Of a stretch of DNA of 64,000 nt, positions 1 through 12,110 are shown one piece after another. Source of the DNA: Octopus sinensis (Eukaryota); contig NC_043007.1 of NCBI RefSeq assembly GCF_006345805.1, forward strand, positions 18,352,001 to 18,416,000, in the 5' to 3' direction. The position numbers were made by a program, and so were the translations under genes. Numbering within the stretch: the first letter of the stretch is position 1; every line of letters starts with the position of its first letter. The notes below the pieces were generated by a model. The model was given only the letters and a program-made list of their open reading frames with translations, was not told the DNA's origin and made no database searches.

Positions 1-238
1 GGTACCCGAGACAACGGATAAAGAACTCACATACCCTCATACCCGACACAGACAATTGACATATCCGACACTGGTCAGAGGCCACGGTGACATCAACTCC
101 ATCAACATTATTATTATTATTATTACTGTTATTTTCCATATTTCAGTTGTTGTTTTTAAAAACACAGACGTAATGATAATTATTATTATGCTTTTTTTTC
201 TTTTAAATAAAAGTGATTTTATATAGAAATTACATTAC

Positions 239-357
239 CTGAGTGGAACAATCTGAAATTCGTCTTCACTCAAAGTAGACCAGGTTCCACCAAGACATTC
301 TTTGCACCAGTCATAGGCTTTTTTGTTAATGTTTACTAGGCACCTGTCGTCGCCCAT
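239..357 (-). CDS. CHKA: Choline/ethanolamine kinase, first coding exon (rest of gene lies left of the window)
   Basis: ATG at 357-355 gives MGDDRCLVNINKKAYDWCKECLGGTWSTLSEDEFQIVPL, ending AG|GTAATG (donor 238-237, phase 2). Matches the choline kinase N-terminal motif AYxWC(K/R)E(F/Y)LxGAW, whose first exon ends just before GGLSN. Alpha vs beta orthology cannot be resolved. Confidence 0.85.
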
Positions 358-870
358 CCTCTTTTGGTGACCGAAGAAGAGCAAAACGAATGATTTCAAG
401 GTTCGGAGGAACTCCAACAGGGAACTAAAAGTGTACATTGGAGATATAATGATTTTAAAACAAAAAAAAAACACACCCGGAGAAAAATGGTAACAAAAGA
501 AAAAAAAGAAAGAAGGATGGAAAGAAAGAAAAAGAAGGAATAGAAAGAGAGGGAAAAAGGATGGAAAAATAAAAGAAAAATCAAGAAGCGAAAGAGACTG
601 AGCCTAATGTCCGCTTCTTTTGCTCATCAGTTTCCAAGGCATGTAGAGAGAAGAGAGGAGAGTCGCTAGCGGTTTGTAGTCGGGGCAAATGACAATTATA
701 TAGTAAAAGAAAAAAGGTAGGTAGGCTAATGTTTTTTAGTAAGATTTCCTACCTTTGGCTTTTTTGTGGCAAACAACAACACTAGAAACGGTTAATGAAC
801 ATACGGTGTCTACTAGCATCAGTCTAAACCGTGTATCATCGCAACTAACATTTTATACACTCGACACGAT
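358..870 (-). promoter_or_regulatory. Probable 5' UTR/promoter of the choline kinase gene
   Basis: Non-repetitive sequence directly upstream of the ATG; locally CpG-containing (640-870). Possible acceptors near 361 and 425 suggest a spliced 5' UTR. TSS not determinable. Confidence 0.4.
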
Positions 871-879
871 CAACACAAT

Positions 880-3135
880 CGCTCTCCTCCTCCTCCTCCC
901 ACTTCTTTCGCACTCCTCCCCTTCACCTACCTTCTCTCTCTCTCTCTCTCTCTCTCTTTATCTCTCTCGCTATACAGACATATATATATCTCATTACGAT
1001 ATGCAAATCTCCTTCCTCCTTCTCCCCTTCACCTACCTTCCTCTCTCTCTCTCATTATCTCTCTCGCTATACAGCTATATATATATCTCATTACGATATG
1101 CAAATCTCCTTCCTCCTTCTTCCCTCTACTCCTCTCTCTCTCTCTGTTTCTTTCTTTCTCTCCCCCTCTCTCTGTTTCTTTCTCTCACTCTCTGTCATTC
1201 ATCCTCTATGCAGTCCCTTCCTCCTTCTTCCCTCTCCCCCTCTCTCTGTTTCTTTCTCTCACTCTCTGTCATTCATCCTCTATGCAGTCCCTTCCTCCTT
1301 CTTCCCTCTACTCCTCTCTCTGTTTCTTTCTTTCTCTCCCCCTCTCTCTGTTTCTTTCTCTCTCTCTCCGTCATTCATCCTCTATGCAGTCCCTTCCTCT
1401 GTCTGCACTACAACTATTTTTTCATTTATCTCTCATGTCTTCTCTCATTCACTCTTTCTCTTTCACTTTCTCTCTCTCTTTCTCTTTCACTCTCACTCAT
1501 CCTCTATCTCTTTTTACTTTCTCCCTCCCACATTACTATTACTCTTTTGTTTGACTACTATTCCCTTTCTCCCATTCACCCATGTAAGTTCCTTTCTCTG
1601 CTTTAATTTTTCTGCCTCACTCTCTTTCTCTCTGCGGTGTTCTTCCTCCTTTTGCCCCATTACTCTTTCTTCCATTTATATTCAAAATTTTCCCCCCTTC
1701 CCTTCGTTCCTTCTTTCTTTGTTTCTTTCTCTCTCTCTCTCTCTGTCTTTCTGTCTGTCTCTCTCACACGTTCACACGTTGTACCAAAAGAAGTTCTATT
1801 CTTGCTGCTCTACAACCCTTTTCCTTCTGTTTTTTCAAACCCCTTTATTCCATATTTTGTAATATTTTCGCGCTCCTTTTCTCCTTATAATAGAATACTT
1901 CTCAACTTCAATTCGAAAATATTTTTCCTTAACTTCCAATTTTGGCAGAGGTGTTGCTTCTTTTTATTCACTCAGTGTTTTTTCCATTTCATATCTTCAT
2001 ATATTTTCCTTTCCTATATTTCTTACCATGTTTTATCCTATCTCTAAACCTTCCTAGTATTTATTTCCCTGTCGTCTCACTAATTCTCTCTATACCTAAT
2101 TGTCTATTTCTCTCCCTCACCCCTCTTTCCATTCTATCTACCCTTTTTCCTTTCTTGTGTCTCTGTTCTTAGCTTTTTCATTTATTTCTTCCTCTCATTC
2201 ACCTCACTTTCCTCTTTTATTTACCCCTTCTCTGTCTCTCTCTTCCCTTCTTCGCCTTTCCTCATTGCAATCCTTCTGTCCATTCATTCTTACAATCGTC
2301 CGACTTCGCCTTGTTCGCTTTACTTCATGCTTTTCGAAAGGGGTGGGAGAAATTTTCGTGATCTCTGCCTGTTATTAAAATGCATGCCTGCAATATCAAA
2401 CTGTCCTTAAATATGTCCTTAAACTACGAAATATCTCGTGCGTATGACAATATCAATATGCTGTGTGGAAAGAGAGAATTGTTTAAAATCAACTCAGCCA
2501 CGCTCGATGATCAAAAGGCATTCTAGACATTACTACCTATTCTTTTCAGACATGGTTTATCTCAGATTGCATCATCCTTCCACCTTTTCACAAAAATTAG
2601 GGTGTGATTTGAGGAATTTAACTACTATTTTTAGCATATCTAACAACATTGCAGCGACTCCTTCGTTGCGAAGAGAGGGCATTCTCACTCTCTCTTTTCT
2701 GTCTCGCTATCTATCTATCTCTATCTCCCTTTCCTCCCTCCCTCCCTTTCTCTCTCCCTTTTCTTCCCCTCTCTCTCTCTCCCTTTCCTCCCTCTCTCTC
2801 CATTTCTTCCCTCTCTCTCTCCCCCTCTTTCCGTATCACTCTTTCTATCTCCCTTTCCTCCTTCTCTCTCTCCCCCTCTTTCCGTATCACTCTTTTTATC
2901 TCCCTCTCTCTCTCCCATTCCTCCCTCTCTCTCCATTTCTTCCCTCTCTCTCTCCCATTCCTCCCTCTCTCTCTCTCTCCCCCTCTTTCCGTATCACTCT
3001 TTCTATCTCCCTTTCCTCCTTCTCTCTCTCCCCCTCTTTCCGTATCACTCTTTTTATCTCCCTCTCTCTCTCTCCCATTCCTCCCTCTCTCTCTCCCTTT
3101 CCTCTTTCCGTATCACTCTTTCTCTCCCCCTCTTG
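880..3135. repeat. Long CT-rich polypyrimidine region with internal degenerate tandem units
   Basis: Plus strand almost purely C/T over 880-2330 and 2690-3135. Repeated units ctctcgctatacag...tacgatatgcaaatctccttcc (x2), ctctgtcattcatcctctatgcagtcccttcc (x3), cccctctttccgtatcactcttt (x5). Confidence 0.9.
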
Positions 3136-3633
3136 CCTAAACAACAATGGCGTCTCAACATAGATCAATCACTTTCGTTTTGTTACCGTCGATCATTGTA
3201 AATAAATGGTCATTTCGGAAGCGGTTGTCATGAACTTGTTTTCCTGCACTCACAGTCGATTTTTTAAGGCATTTATTCACCCTAGTAACTCCCTGCTACA
3301 CTCGAGAGAACACTCACAAAAACCGTGTTACAAGGTTGACATGTTCAGGTCTTGTAGTAGAACTACACAGACACGTGCCGCCGTCTTCGGTAGAATTTGT
3401 TCCCATCAACCACCATTCCCTGCGATTCCTAGACACGGTTGCTGCTGTTGTTGTTGCTCTTGTAGACTCAGGTCAGCTCTGATCGAGCAGACCTATCTTA
3501 GGGAAGTTGGAGAAGGAGTCATTGATCGATTTAGTAAAGCTATCAGCTGGGTCGCACCGTCCAGTTGGTGAATGACTAAGTTTTTAAGCACTAAACAGTG
3601 GTAGTAGTTATAGTGGTGAAGTGTACCGTTACC

Positions 3634-3762
3634 TATTTCTTTACTGGGGCTAAACACAGAGAGGACAAACAAGGACAGACAAACGGATTAAGTTGATTAT
3701 ATCGACTCCAGTGCGTAACTGGTACTTAATTTATCGACCCCGAAAGGTTGAAAGGCAAAGTC
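3634..3762 (-). mobile_element. 5'-truncated Nin/Deu-domain SINE with 16-bp target-site duplication
   Basis: Reverse complement of TCGACTTTGCCTTTCA.CCTTTCGGGGTCGATAAATTAAGTACCAG; flanked by GAAGTGTACCGTTACC at 3618-3633 and 3763-3778. Confidence 0.8.
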
Positions 3763-4574
3763 GAAGTGTACCGTTACCGCAGATACTTTATAGAACACAG
3801 ATATCACTAATTAAGTTCGTCCAGGGGACAATCACTGGTACAGTATAGTATCGTACTGCTGTTGGTGCCAGACACGACTCGGACATTGTCCAAGTTCAAA
3901 AGGAGCTTCCCACTGGCCTTGTAAGGGGGTTTCAAAATTTAATTTTTCTATAAGCTGGTATATTTTTTTAATCTTTTGCTCTTTATTTGTTACAGTCATT
4001 GGACTACGGCTATGTAAGGGTACCGCCTTGAAGGGTTTTAGTCGAAGAAATCGTTCCCTGTATTTATTTTTTATAAGTCTGGTACTTATTCTGTAGGTGT
4101 CTTTTTTTTTTTTACGGGGACATAAACAAACCAACACCGGTTATCAAGTGGAACGAGGTGGGACAAATACAAACACACAAATATCTATTTATCTGTATAT
4201 TTATTTCACGTTGTGGAAGTCACATTTTTCTTCAAGTATTTCTATGGCAGATCTCACTGAATTAGTACCGTAAATAATATCATCCAAACGTTTGCACTTT
4301 GTTTTCTGATTTTTGTATTTTTTTGTCTAACATTTATTGTTTTTCTACATCCATCATTTTTCTTCTATATACACCGAGCAGAGTAATTCTTTTGCGTGTA
4401 TAATTATTGTAGCAGATTGCAAAAAATATTTACTAACAACCTATAATTTTTTATGCAGATCAATATACGATGGCTATGCGACAGCTCATTCAAAAGAGGC
4501 AGCAGCTGTCGAAAATACTGAAAATTCTTCAAACCCAAATTGTTGGCTTTTACAGAATTTGAAGATTTTGATAA

Positions 4575-4730
4575 GATTACAGACTCAACAAGTTTAGATT
4601 AGTGTTGGGGAGGGAGTAGGTAGACGCTGGGTTTTTCCTTCCAAAATGCATGGTGGTACATTTGTCCACAGCCAGCTTGAGTTGCCAGTCCATGATCCAC
4701 TGCTGCATTGTGTCCAGGTCTGATTTAGAG
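4575..4730 (-). mobile_element. CR1-type LINE fragment (RT C-terminal part)
   Basis: DLDTMQQWIMDWQLKLAVDKCTTMHFGRKNPASTYSL, nearly identical to the CR1 copy at 35626-36186. Confidence 0.85.
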
Positions 4731-5034
4731 GGTGCAAGTAAGGATAAAAAGGAGTTGGACATGTAACCAAGTCACCCTTTCATTAGAAATAGGAAAACCT
4801 TTTATTTGTAAAGATGCTCTTCAGTACATGAATTGATGCTTCTAAAATAATTGTGGAACACCAGACTTAGGGTCCTCATCCTGAAGACATTGGCAACAAC
4901 CAAAATGATGAACCCTCTCAACTACAACTCAGAAAATTTTCGTAAACCAGCTGTTTTAAGAAGTGTTGATCTCTGACTGTGGAGAGAACCTGTGGAAGAG
5001 GTAGACCCAGGAAGACATGGTCAGCCTGAAACTA

Positions 5035-5208
5035 TACTCTTTTACTTGTTTCAGTCATTTGACTGTGGCCATGCTGGAGCACCGCTTTTAGTCGAGCAAA
5101 TCGACCCCAGGACTTATTCTTTGTAAGCCTAGTATTTATTCTTTCGGTCTCTTTTGCCGAACCGCTAAGTTACGGGGACGTAAACACACCAGCATCGGTT
5201 GTCAAGAC
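5035..5208 (-). mobile_element. tRNA-derived SINE family A (Ceph/OK-like), 3' fragment
   Basis: Matches the 3' half of full copies such as 27779-28178. Confidence 0.75.
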
Positions 5209-5334
5209 GTGGGATGTGGTGGAGAAGTATGATCTTCGAATGTTGGGCCTCGCTGAGGTGATGACAGGTGACCAAGACCTTCAGCGATATACCATGCTTG
5301 AGAAAACTCATCAAGCCAAGTAAAACTGTAGTGG

Positions 5335-5545
5335 TGGCCAATGCCGGTGTCATACAACTGGCACCCATGCTGGTGACACATAAAAAGCACCCATTACACT
5401 CTTGCATTGGTTGGCATTAGGAAGGGCACCCAGCTGTAAAAAACCATGCCAAATCAGACTGGAACTTGGTGTAGCTCTCCAGCCTACCAGTTTCAATCAA
5501 ACCATCTAACCCATGCTAGCATGGAAAGCAGACGCTAGATGATGA
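5335..5545 (+). mobile_element. RTE 3' UTR-derived repeat
   Basis: ttggcattaggaagggcacccagctgt...cccatgctagcatggaaag..(GAT)n, same as the 3' end of the LINE at 20103-22655. Confidence 0.75.
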
Positions 5546-5595
5546 TGATTCAAGTTTTGAAATTTAATCATATTCATAGACAGAGAACAATTTTC

Positions 5596-5978
5596 TCTTT
5601 TTACTTGTTTCAGTCATTTGACTGCGGCCATGCAGGAGCACCGCCTTTTAGTCGAGCAAATCGACCCCGGAACTTATTCTTTGTAAGCCCAGTACTTATT
5701 CTATCGGTCTCTTTTACTGAACCGCTAAGTGACGGGGACGTAAACACACCGGCATCAGTTGTCAAGCAATGCTAGGGGGACAGACACAAACACACACATA
5801 CATATATATATATATACGACGGGCTTCTTTCAGTTTCCGTCTATCAAATCCACTCACAAGGCATTGGTCGGGCCGGGGCTATAGCAGAAGACACTTGCCC
5901 AAGATGCCATGCAGTGGGACTGAACCCGGAACCATGTGGTTTGTTTGCAAGCTACTTACCACACAGCCACTCCTGCGC
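5596..5978 (-). mobile_element. tRNA-derived SINE family A, near full length
   Basis: tRNA-like head (GGCGCAGGAGTGGCTGTGTGG...GGTTCAGTCCC), central GCCTTGTGAGTGGATTTGrTAGACGGAAACTGAAAGAAGCC domain, tail GAAACAAGTAAAA. Confidence 0.8.
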
Positions 5979-6133
5979 CAATATATCAGAAAATATAGTA
6001 TGTTGTTTATGCAGCTGACATTTTCTGGACAAAGGCACAGACATAGCTGTGTAGTTAAGAAGCTTGTTTTACAACTCCATGATCTTGGGTTCAGTGTTAT
6101 TGCATTTCACCTTGGGCAAGTTTCTTCAACTAT

Positions 6134-6497
6134 AGGAGTGGCCGTGTGGTAAATAACTTGCTTACAAACCACATGGTTCCAGGTTCAGTCCTAGTGCGTG
6201 GTGCCTTGGGCAAGTGTCTTCTACTATAGCCTCGGGCTGACCAAAGCCTTGTGCGTGGATTTGGTAGACGGAAACTGAAAGAAGCCCATCGTATGTGTCT
6301 GTGTTTGTTCCCCCCCCCCAACATCGCTTGACAACCGATGCTGGTGTGTTTACATCCCTGTAACTTAGCAGTTCAGCAAAAGAGACCAATAGAATAAGTA
6401 CTAGGCTTACAAAGAATAAGTCCTGGGATCGATTTGCTCGACAAAAGGCGGTGCTCCAGCATGGCCACAGTCAAATGACTGAAACAAGTAAAAGAGT
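6134..6497 (+). mobile_element. tRNA-derived SINE family A, near full length, inverted relative to 5596-5978
   Basis: Same head, central domain and tail in forward orientation. Confidence 0.8.
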
Positions 6498-7327
6498 CTA
6501 GTTTCAGGCTGACCAATGCCTTGTGAGTGAACTTGATTGATGGAAACTGTATGAAAGTCTGTTATGTTTGTGTGTGTGAGTGTATGTATGCGCATGTGTG
6601 TGTGTGTGTGTCTTTATCTTTGTCTTCCTACTGCTTGATAACAAGTGTTGGTTTGTTTACATCTCCTGACTTTAAAAAATGAGTACTGGGATTGATACAT
6701 TTGACTAAGCCTTTTAAGAACTTGGTGGCGATAACAATGATGTGCTTTCATGCACCATTAAACCAAATAAAAGCTTCTCTCTTGGTAATTCTTACACAAT
6801 TGTATGTTCTAATACACCATCCACTTTTAAGTGGTGAATATTTTACCTTTTGATATTAATACTGCTCCTGTTGCTTTCCTTGGGGCTGGCCAGATTGGAG
6901 CAATCTCAAGTATAATCAGCCGAAATTGCGAAGATAATCTGGTACTTGACTGAAGAAAGAAAATTTCGAATGACTCATCTTTGTTTTCTTTGTATCGTCT
7001 ATCTGGATGTTTTGTTGTCCCATTTTTGTATCACCTAACTGTACGGATGTTTTGTGTTCTTGTCCCATTTTGTATTTTATATATATGTGTGTGTGTGTAT
7101 ATGTAATTATAAGACCCAAAAATCTAAGTGTAGGAAGTTTGTAAGCTTCAAGCAATTCATGGAAGGTAAGAAAAAAACAGTGTTCAGGAACAATAGCAGA
7201 TTATTGGCTTTGAAGTTTGTAGGCTTTTCCCATATTGGAGTTTGATGAGCTGAAAAAGATTTTTTATAGCTCACAGTTAGCAACTTGAGTTGCTATAAAT
7301 GTGAATAAAAATAAAAAATTGAATGAG

Positions 7328-7490
7328 TGAAGCAGGTAAAATCCAGGCTACATATGTTTCCTAGCTAAGAAAATCCTTGGTATCTTTGGCCTGATGAATT
7401 TCTCGCTGAGTACTCCTCATTGAGTAATTATTATATCAGAGGATCTGCTGGCTAGGAAACATGTAGCCTGGATTTTATCTACTCCACTCC
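7328..7490. repeat. Imperfect inverted repeat (foldback), Penelope-like terminal repeat derivative
   Basis: Arms gcaggtaaaatccaggctacatatgtttcctagc / gctaggaaacatgtagcctggattttatct; the loop contains a decayed CTGATGA core. Confidence 0.6.
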
Positions 7491-7581
7491 CTCAATTTGG
7501 ATATATATATATATATATGTGTCGTTTGTAGAAATGCATAAATCTGGAGGAGAAGCACACTCTAAGGTGTAGAGCAGTTAA

Positions 7582-7752
7582 TATTATGGTTGGGTAGGCC
7601 AGTTTATGGGGTTACCCTGGTTTTCTTGCTCATGAGGGATTTAGATTAATGGCATATCTTCAGTGTTCAGGGTCTGAAGATGCCATAAAGCTAAACCCCT
7701 TATGAGCGAGAAATCCAGGGTAACCCCATAAACTGGCCTACCCCACTATAAT
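7582..7752. repeat. Imperfect ~80-bp-arm inverted repeat
   Basis: Arms gggtaggccagtttatggggttaccctgg...atcttcag / ctgaagat...ccagggtaaccccataaactggcctaccc; homologous to 42760-42890 beside a Penelope GIY-YIG remnant. Confidence 0.75.
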
Positions 7753-8459
7753 ATATATATATATAAACAGGATTCCATACAGTTTCTGTCTGCCAAATTC
7801 ACTCACAAAGCATTGGTTGTCCTGGGGCTATAGTAGATGTGGAACTGAACACAGAATGACATGATTGCAAAGCAAGCTTCTTAACAACACAGCCATGCTT
7901 TCAAAAATATAAAATTAAAAGAAAAATTAAGAATGTCTGTTGGTTTATGCCATAAGAATTTACAAACCTTGGGAGATATGAAATAAATCATTTTTAAGTG
8001 TGGAACAAACCCATGAACAACTGCAGGTAAATATTGGGTCAAAAAACAAACAAAAAACCCCAAAGGGCAGTTGATGGCTGCCTTTTGACTTTTTCCATCC
8101 AAAAGGTTGTTTTGACTCAATAGAGCCAATGTGATTTTTTCTATATCAAGTTCCCTCATTAAAAATATTTTATTTCAAGTATTGGATTTCAAGTATTTGG
8201 ATTACCTATTTGACATATTTATTGTAGGGCATGCTGATCTGAAAAGGAATGTTTTGGTTTAAAAAAAAACATATGGTATTCATTTTAAATACAACCTGAA
8301 GTTCAATGGTTTGGCTTCCTTGCTGGTTTAGAATGGTGGTACCAGCAGGGAACTTCCCAAAAGTAGTTATACAGCAGTGGGGATCATATTGCATTAAATA
8401 CTAACACTTTGAATTAGAATTGAAGTAAAAGAACTTTCTCAAATATTCTTTCAGTTTAT

Positions 8460-8790
8460 CTTTTATATGTTTCAGTCACTGGACTGCGACCATGCTGGGG
8501 CACCCCCTTCAAAAATTTAGTCGAACAAATCAATGCCACCACTAATTTTTTAAGCCTGGTCAGTCACCTTTTGCCATACTACTAAGTTATGGAGATGTAA
8601 ACAAACCAACATGGGGGACAAATGCAAACACAAGGCCATACACATACATATGATGGGCCTCTTTCATTTTTCTGTCCACCAAATCCACTTACAAGGCATT
8701 GCTCAGCTCAGGGCTATAGTTCACAACACTTGCCCAAGATGTCATACAGTGGAACTGAACCTGAAACTAAGTGGTTGGGAAGCAAAATTG
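8460..8790 (-). mobile_element. SINE family A, diverged copy
   Basis: Recognisable central domain and tail. Confidence 0.65.
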
Positions 8791-9299
8791 ATTTTGAAGT
8801 TTGATTCTACATCCATTTATGCAGAATATGTTTGGCTTGTCCCCATCGCTTTTCACTAGAGAACTCTTAGTTTATTTATTTAGTATTAATTATGTTTTCT
8901 TTTTAATAAAGAAATATAATTTCAAATTCCTTTCTGACTACACAACAAATTCCAGACATTTCAACTTACTTCAACTGAAGAAAGCAAAAACTTCTTTGGT
9001 ATACACCCCTTCAGCATACAAATACACACAGTGACTAACTAACGTAGTGATTGAGAAAATATGTCAAACTAGAGCAATATGTTATGTTTTATTTCAAGTG
9101 TAGTTGAACAAGTACATATAAGTGGCTTTGTCATCTAGCATTTAGAAAAGCAATCATATAATGACCAATATTTATTGGTAGAATGGAAGTTTCATTGATT
9201 TATTTCATGCCTTTGGCTGGGAAAGAATAGAGGAGAGGTTTATAGCTGAATAGCTAATTTCCATGAGAAATTGTCAGAAAACAAGTTGTTGCATAGTGA

Positions 9300-10760
9300 A
9301 ACTGTATACCCTTCCCAGTAAAAAGTGGTAGGATCCAGCCATTATAAATAGACCAGTAGTTGGTCATCATGAGAGGGTCGAGAGCTGACAGTTCTAGTCG
9401 GTGTCTTGTGGAGCTATCAGTGATATTAAGACAGAAGAGGTTAGTGTATTACTATTCTGGCATGAAGAGATACAATGGTGTCCGATGACTAGTAACTGTT
9501 GTGGCTACTAACGTAAAACAGCAACTACAGTACAACGGCAGTCACATATCACACCACTTTACAACAGTGATGACGAGGAAAAACAAATTTATGCAGAGTG
9601 AAAAGCAAAGACTTTCACATGGAGAGTTCAAACTAATTCATGTGGAAAATTAAATAACTCAATAAAAACGAAACAAAAATCTTGAGCAAACTTATAAATA
9701 TGCAGTGCTTGAGAAGACCTGGCAAGCCAAGTGAGACCATAACCTCGTGGCCTATGCCAGGAGTGTAACCAGCCCAATTATGCATACCTTTCCTTCATTG
9801 GACACTAAACTCTGCTTGCAAAGACCTGTTGAGCAAGTGAAATTGAAATCAAATTCGATGACTGGCATCCGTGCTAGTGGAGCACTAAGAGCACCATCCG
9901 AGCGTGATCGTTGCCAGAGCAGCTAACTGGCTTCCATGCTGGTGTTCATTACCAGTGTCACCTTACTGGCACGTAAAAAAACATTTGAGCGAGGTCATTG
10001 CCAGTACTGCTGGACTGGCTCCTTTGCAGGTGGCACATAAAAAACACCATTAGAGCATGGCCATTGCCAGTACTGCTTGACTGGCCCTCGTGCTGGTGAC
10101 ACATAAAAGCACTCACTACACTCTCGGAGTGATTGGCGTTAGGAAGGGCATCCAGCTGTAGAAACTCTGCCAGATCAAGATTGGAGCCTGGTGCAGCCAT
10201 CTGGTTCGCCAGTCCTCAGTCAAATCATCCAACCCATGCCAGCATGGAAAGCGGATGTTAAACGATGATGATGGTGATGATGGAAGACCTGTTAGATGAG
10301 GTAGTTGAGTTGGAAAAACAACAACAACAACTCAAGGAACAATGAGAACAGCAGCAAGGATAGCAACATCAGATGTTACAACTAACGAAGCTGGTAACCA
10401 AACTGGAGAATACATTTTCGCTTGACCATGTAGCAAATTCAAATAATGACCCCGAAGAAGGAGTAACCTTTGAGGCTTACTTTTGAAGATTTGAACAAAT
10501 TTTTGAAAAAGAATGTCGGGATTGGATGAATGAAAGGAAAACAGGTCCACTTTCAAGAAAACTAGGGACAGCAGAGCATGAGAAGTAGAGTAACTTCATA
10601 TTGCCAAAAAAAAAAAAGCTTCCGACATAAATTTCACCGACACAGTTCACATTTTGTGCAAAAAGTTTAATGAAAAGGACTCAATGTTTAATACTAGATG
10701 GAAACGTTTAAACATAGAGAAGAGTGAAGATGAAGTGGTGCTGCATCATAGCCACATGTT
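9300..10760 (+). mobile_element. Degenerate Ty3/gypsy-like LTR element remnant (gag region) interrupted by an RTE tail
   Basis: 10500-10740 reads EKECRDWMNERKTGPLSRKLGTAEHEK*SNFILPKK..DINFTDTVHILCKKFNEKDSMFNTRWKRLNIEKSEDE, resembling gypsy gag (LLRKLGxxEHEKYxNFILPK); stops and frameshifts present. The 9300-9710 LTR/leader assignment is weaker. Confidence 0.55.
9714..10280 (+). mobile_element. RTE LINE 3' end (last codons AVLEKTWQAK* plus full 3' UTR)
   Basis: Terminal codons resemble AVREKTRQD* of the 20103-22655 element; ~60-bp diverged UTR units; (GAT)n tail. Confidence 0.8.
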
Positions 10761-11199
10761 GAAAGGAATTCTTTGGGGCTTGAATAATTCACCACGGGAA
10801 ACATGGGTGTTTCATTCATCATCCATAAACAACCCTTTTGCAGGGACCTTTTCAGCAACATGGACTACTCAACCTGAAGAAAATTCTGAGCCCACCTGCA
10901 AGGTCCTGTGCTGTTCATCTTGATAATTCAATTCTCTCTCACTTAAACGCTCATTATAATTATTATTATCATTATTCATTTATTTATTTATCTATTTTTG
11001 TCACAAATTTTGGCTTACTCCATACTGTTTGATATAGTTATAGCTATAATTAAAGTTAAGAATGCATATCTTTAATTCTGTTTCACCCTATAGTGCTCAT
11101 TATAATTATTATTGTTATTCATTTAGTGGTATGTTATAACAAAGTTAGTGGAGGTGCAATGGTCTAGTGGTTAGGGCAGCAAACTCACCGGTGGCATGT

Positions 11200-11435
11200 A
11201 AAAAGGCAGCGAGCTGGTAGAAACATTAGCACGCTGGGCGAAATGCTTAGTGGTATTTCGTCTGCGGTTACATTCTGAGTTCAAATTCCGCCGAGGTCGA
11301 CTTTGCCTTTCATCCTTTCAGGGTCAATTAAATAAGTACCAGTTACGCACTGGGGTTGATATAATCGACTTAATCCGTTTGTCTGTCCTTGTTTGTTCTC
11401 TCTGTGTTTAGCCCCTCATGGGTAGTAAACAAATA
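11200..11435 (+). mobile_element. Nin/Deu-domain SINE (family B)
   Basis: GGCGAGCTGGyAGAAAC...GAGTTCAAATTCCGCCGAGGTCGACTTTGCCTTTCATCCTTTC.GGGTC.ATTAAATAAGTACCAG. Confidence 0.8.
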
Positions 11436-11444
11436 GGCATGTAA

Positions 11445-11732
11445 AAAGCACCATTCAAGATTGGTTGATGCCAGTGCTGCTGGACTGGCTCCCATGCTGG
11501 TGGCACATAAAAAGCACCATTCGAGTGTGGTCGATACCAGTGCCCCCTGACTGGCACTTAAAAACACTCACTACACTCTTGGAGTGGTTAGCATTAGGAA
11601 GGGCATTCAGCTGTAGAAACCTTGCCAGATCAGATTGGAGCCTGGTGCAGCCTCCTAGCTTGCCAGTCCTCAGTCAAACTATCTAACCCCTGCCAGCATG
11701 GTAAGCAGACTTTAAACGATGATGATGATCAT
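11445..11732 (+). mobile_element. RTE 3' UTR-derived repeat
   Basis: Same UTR motif and (GAT)n tail. Confidence 0.7.
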
Positions 11733-11879
11733 CATCATCACGGGGTCACCATATTTTGCACATATGGTTGTGATGCATGTGCCTGGTGGACCCTTATCAG
11801 ATGAGTAGTCATGATGGGTATATTGGACTTCATCTATTTGTATCCCAGTGTTACTTTGATGGCCTGCATTGCTCTCATT

Positions 11880-12110
11880 CAATGATAATAATAATAACAA
11901 TAATTCTTTCTGTTATGGGCACAAGGCCTGAAATTTTAGGGTAGGGGCAAGTTGATTACATTGACATCAGTACTTCACTGGTACTTCAATGATCTGGAAA
12001 GAATAGAAGGCAAAGTTGACATCGATGGAATTTGAACTCAGGACATAGAGATAGAGAAAATGCTGTTGAGCATTTTGTTTAATGTGCTAATTATTCTGCC
12101 AGTGCACTGC
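11880..12110 (-). mobile_element. Nin/Deu-domain SINE, diverged
   Basis: Reverse-complement family B motifs. Confidence 0.6.

Noticed and set aside
755-3163. Long S/L/F/P-rich ORFs (283, 254, 241 aa etc.)
   Set aside because: Stop-free only because CT repeats cannot encode stops; no domain signal.
4337-4597. 86-aa ORF with a good acceptor near 4458
   Set aside because: No recognisable homology; runs into a CR1 fragment; frame not compatible with the candidate upstream exon.
6940-6985. CTGAAGA...TTTCGAATGACTC hammerhead-like string
   Set aside because: GAAU instead of GAAA and no stem I pairing.
8296-9038. Weak resemblance of CMLKGCIPKKFLLSSVEYLMQY to the RPP40 C-terminal region
   Set aside because: The conserved GFxDSPVSW motif is absent; no gene symbol justified.
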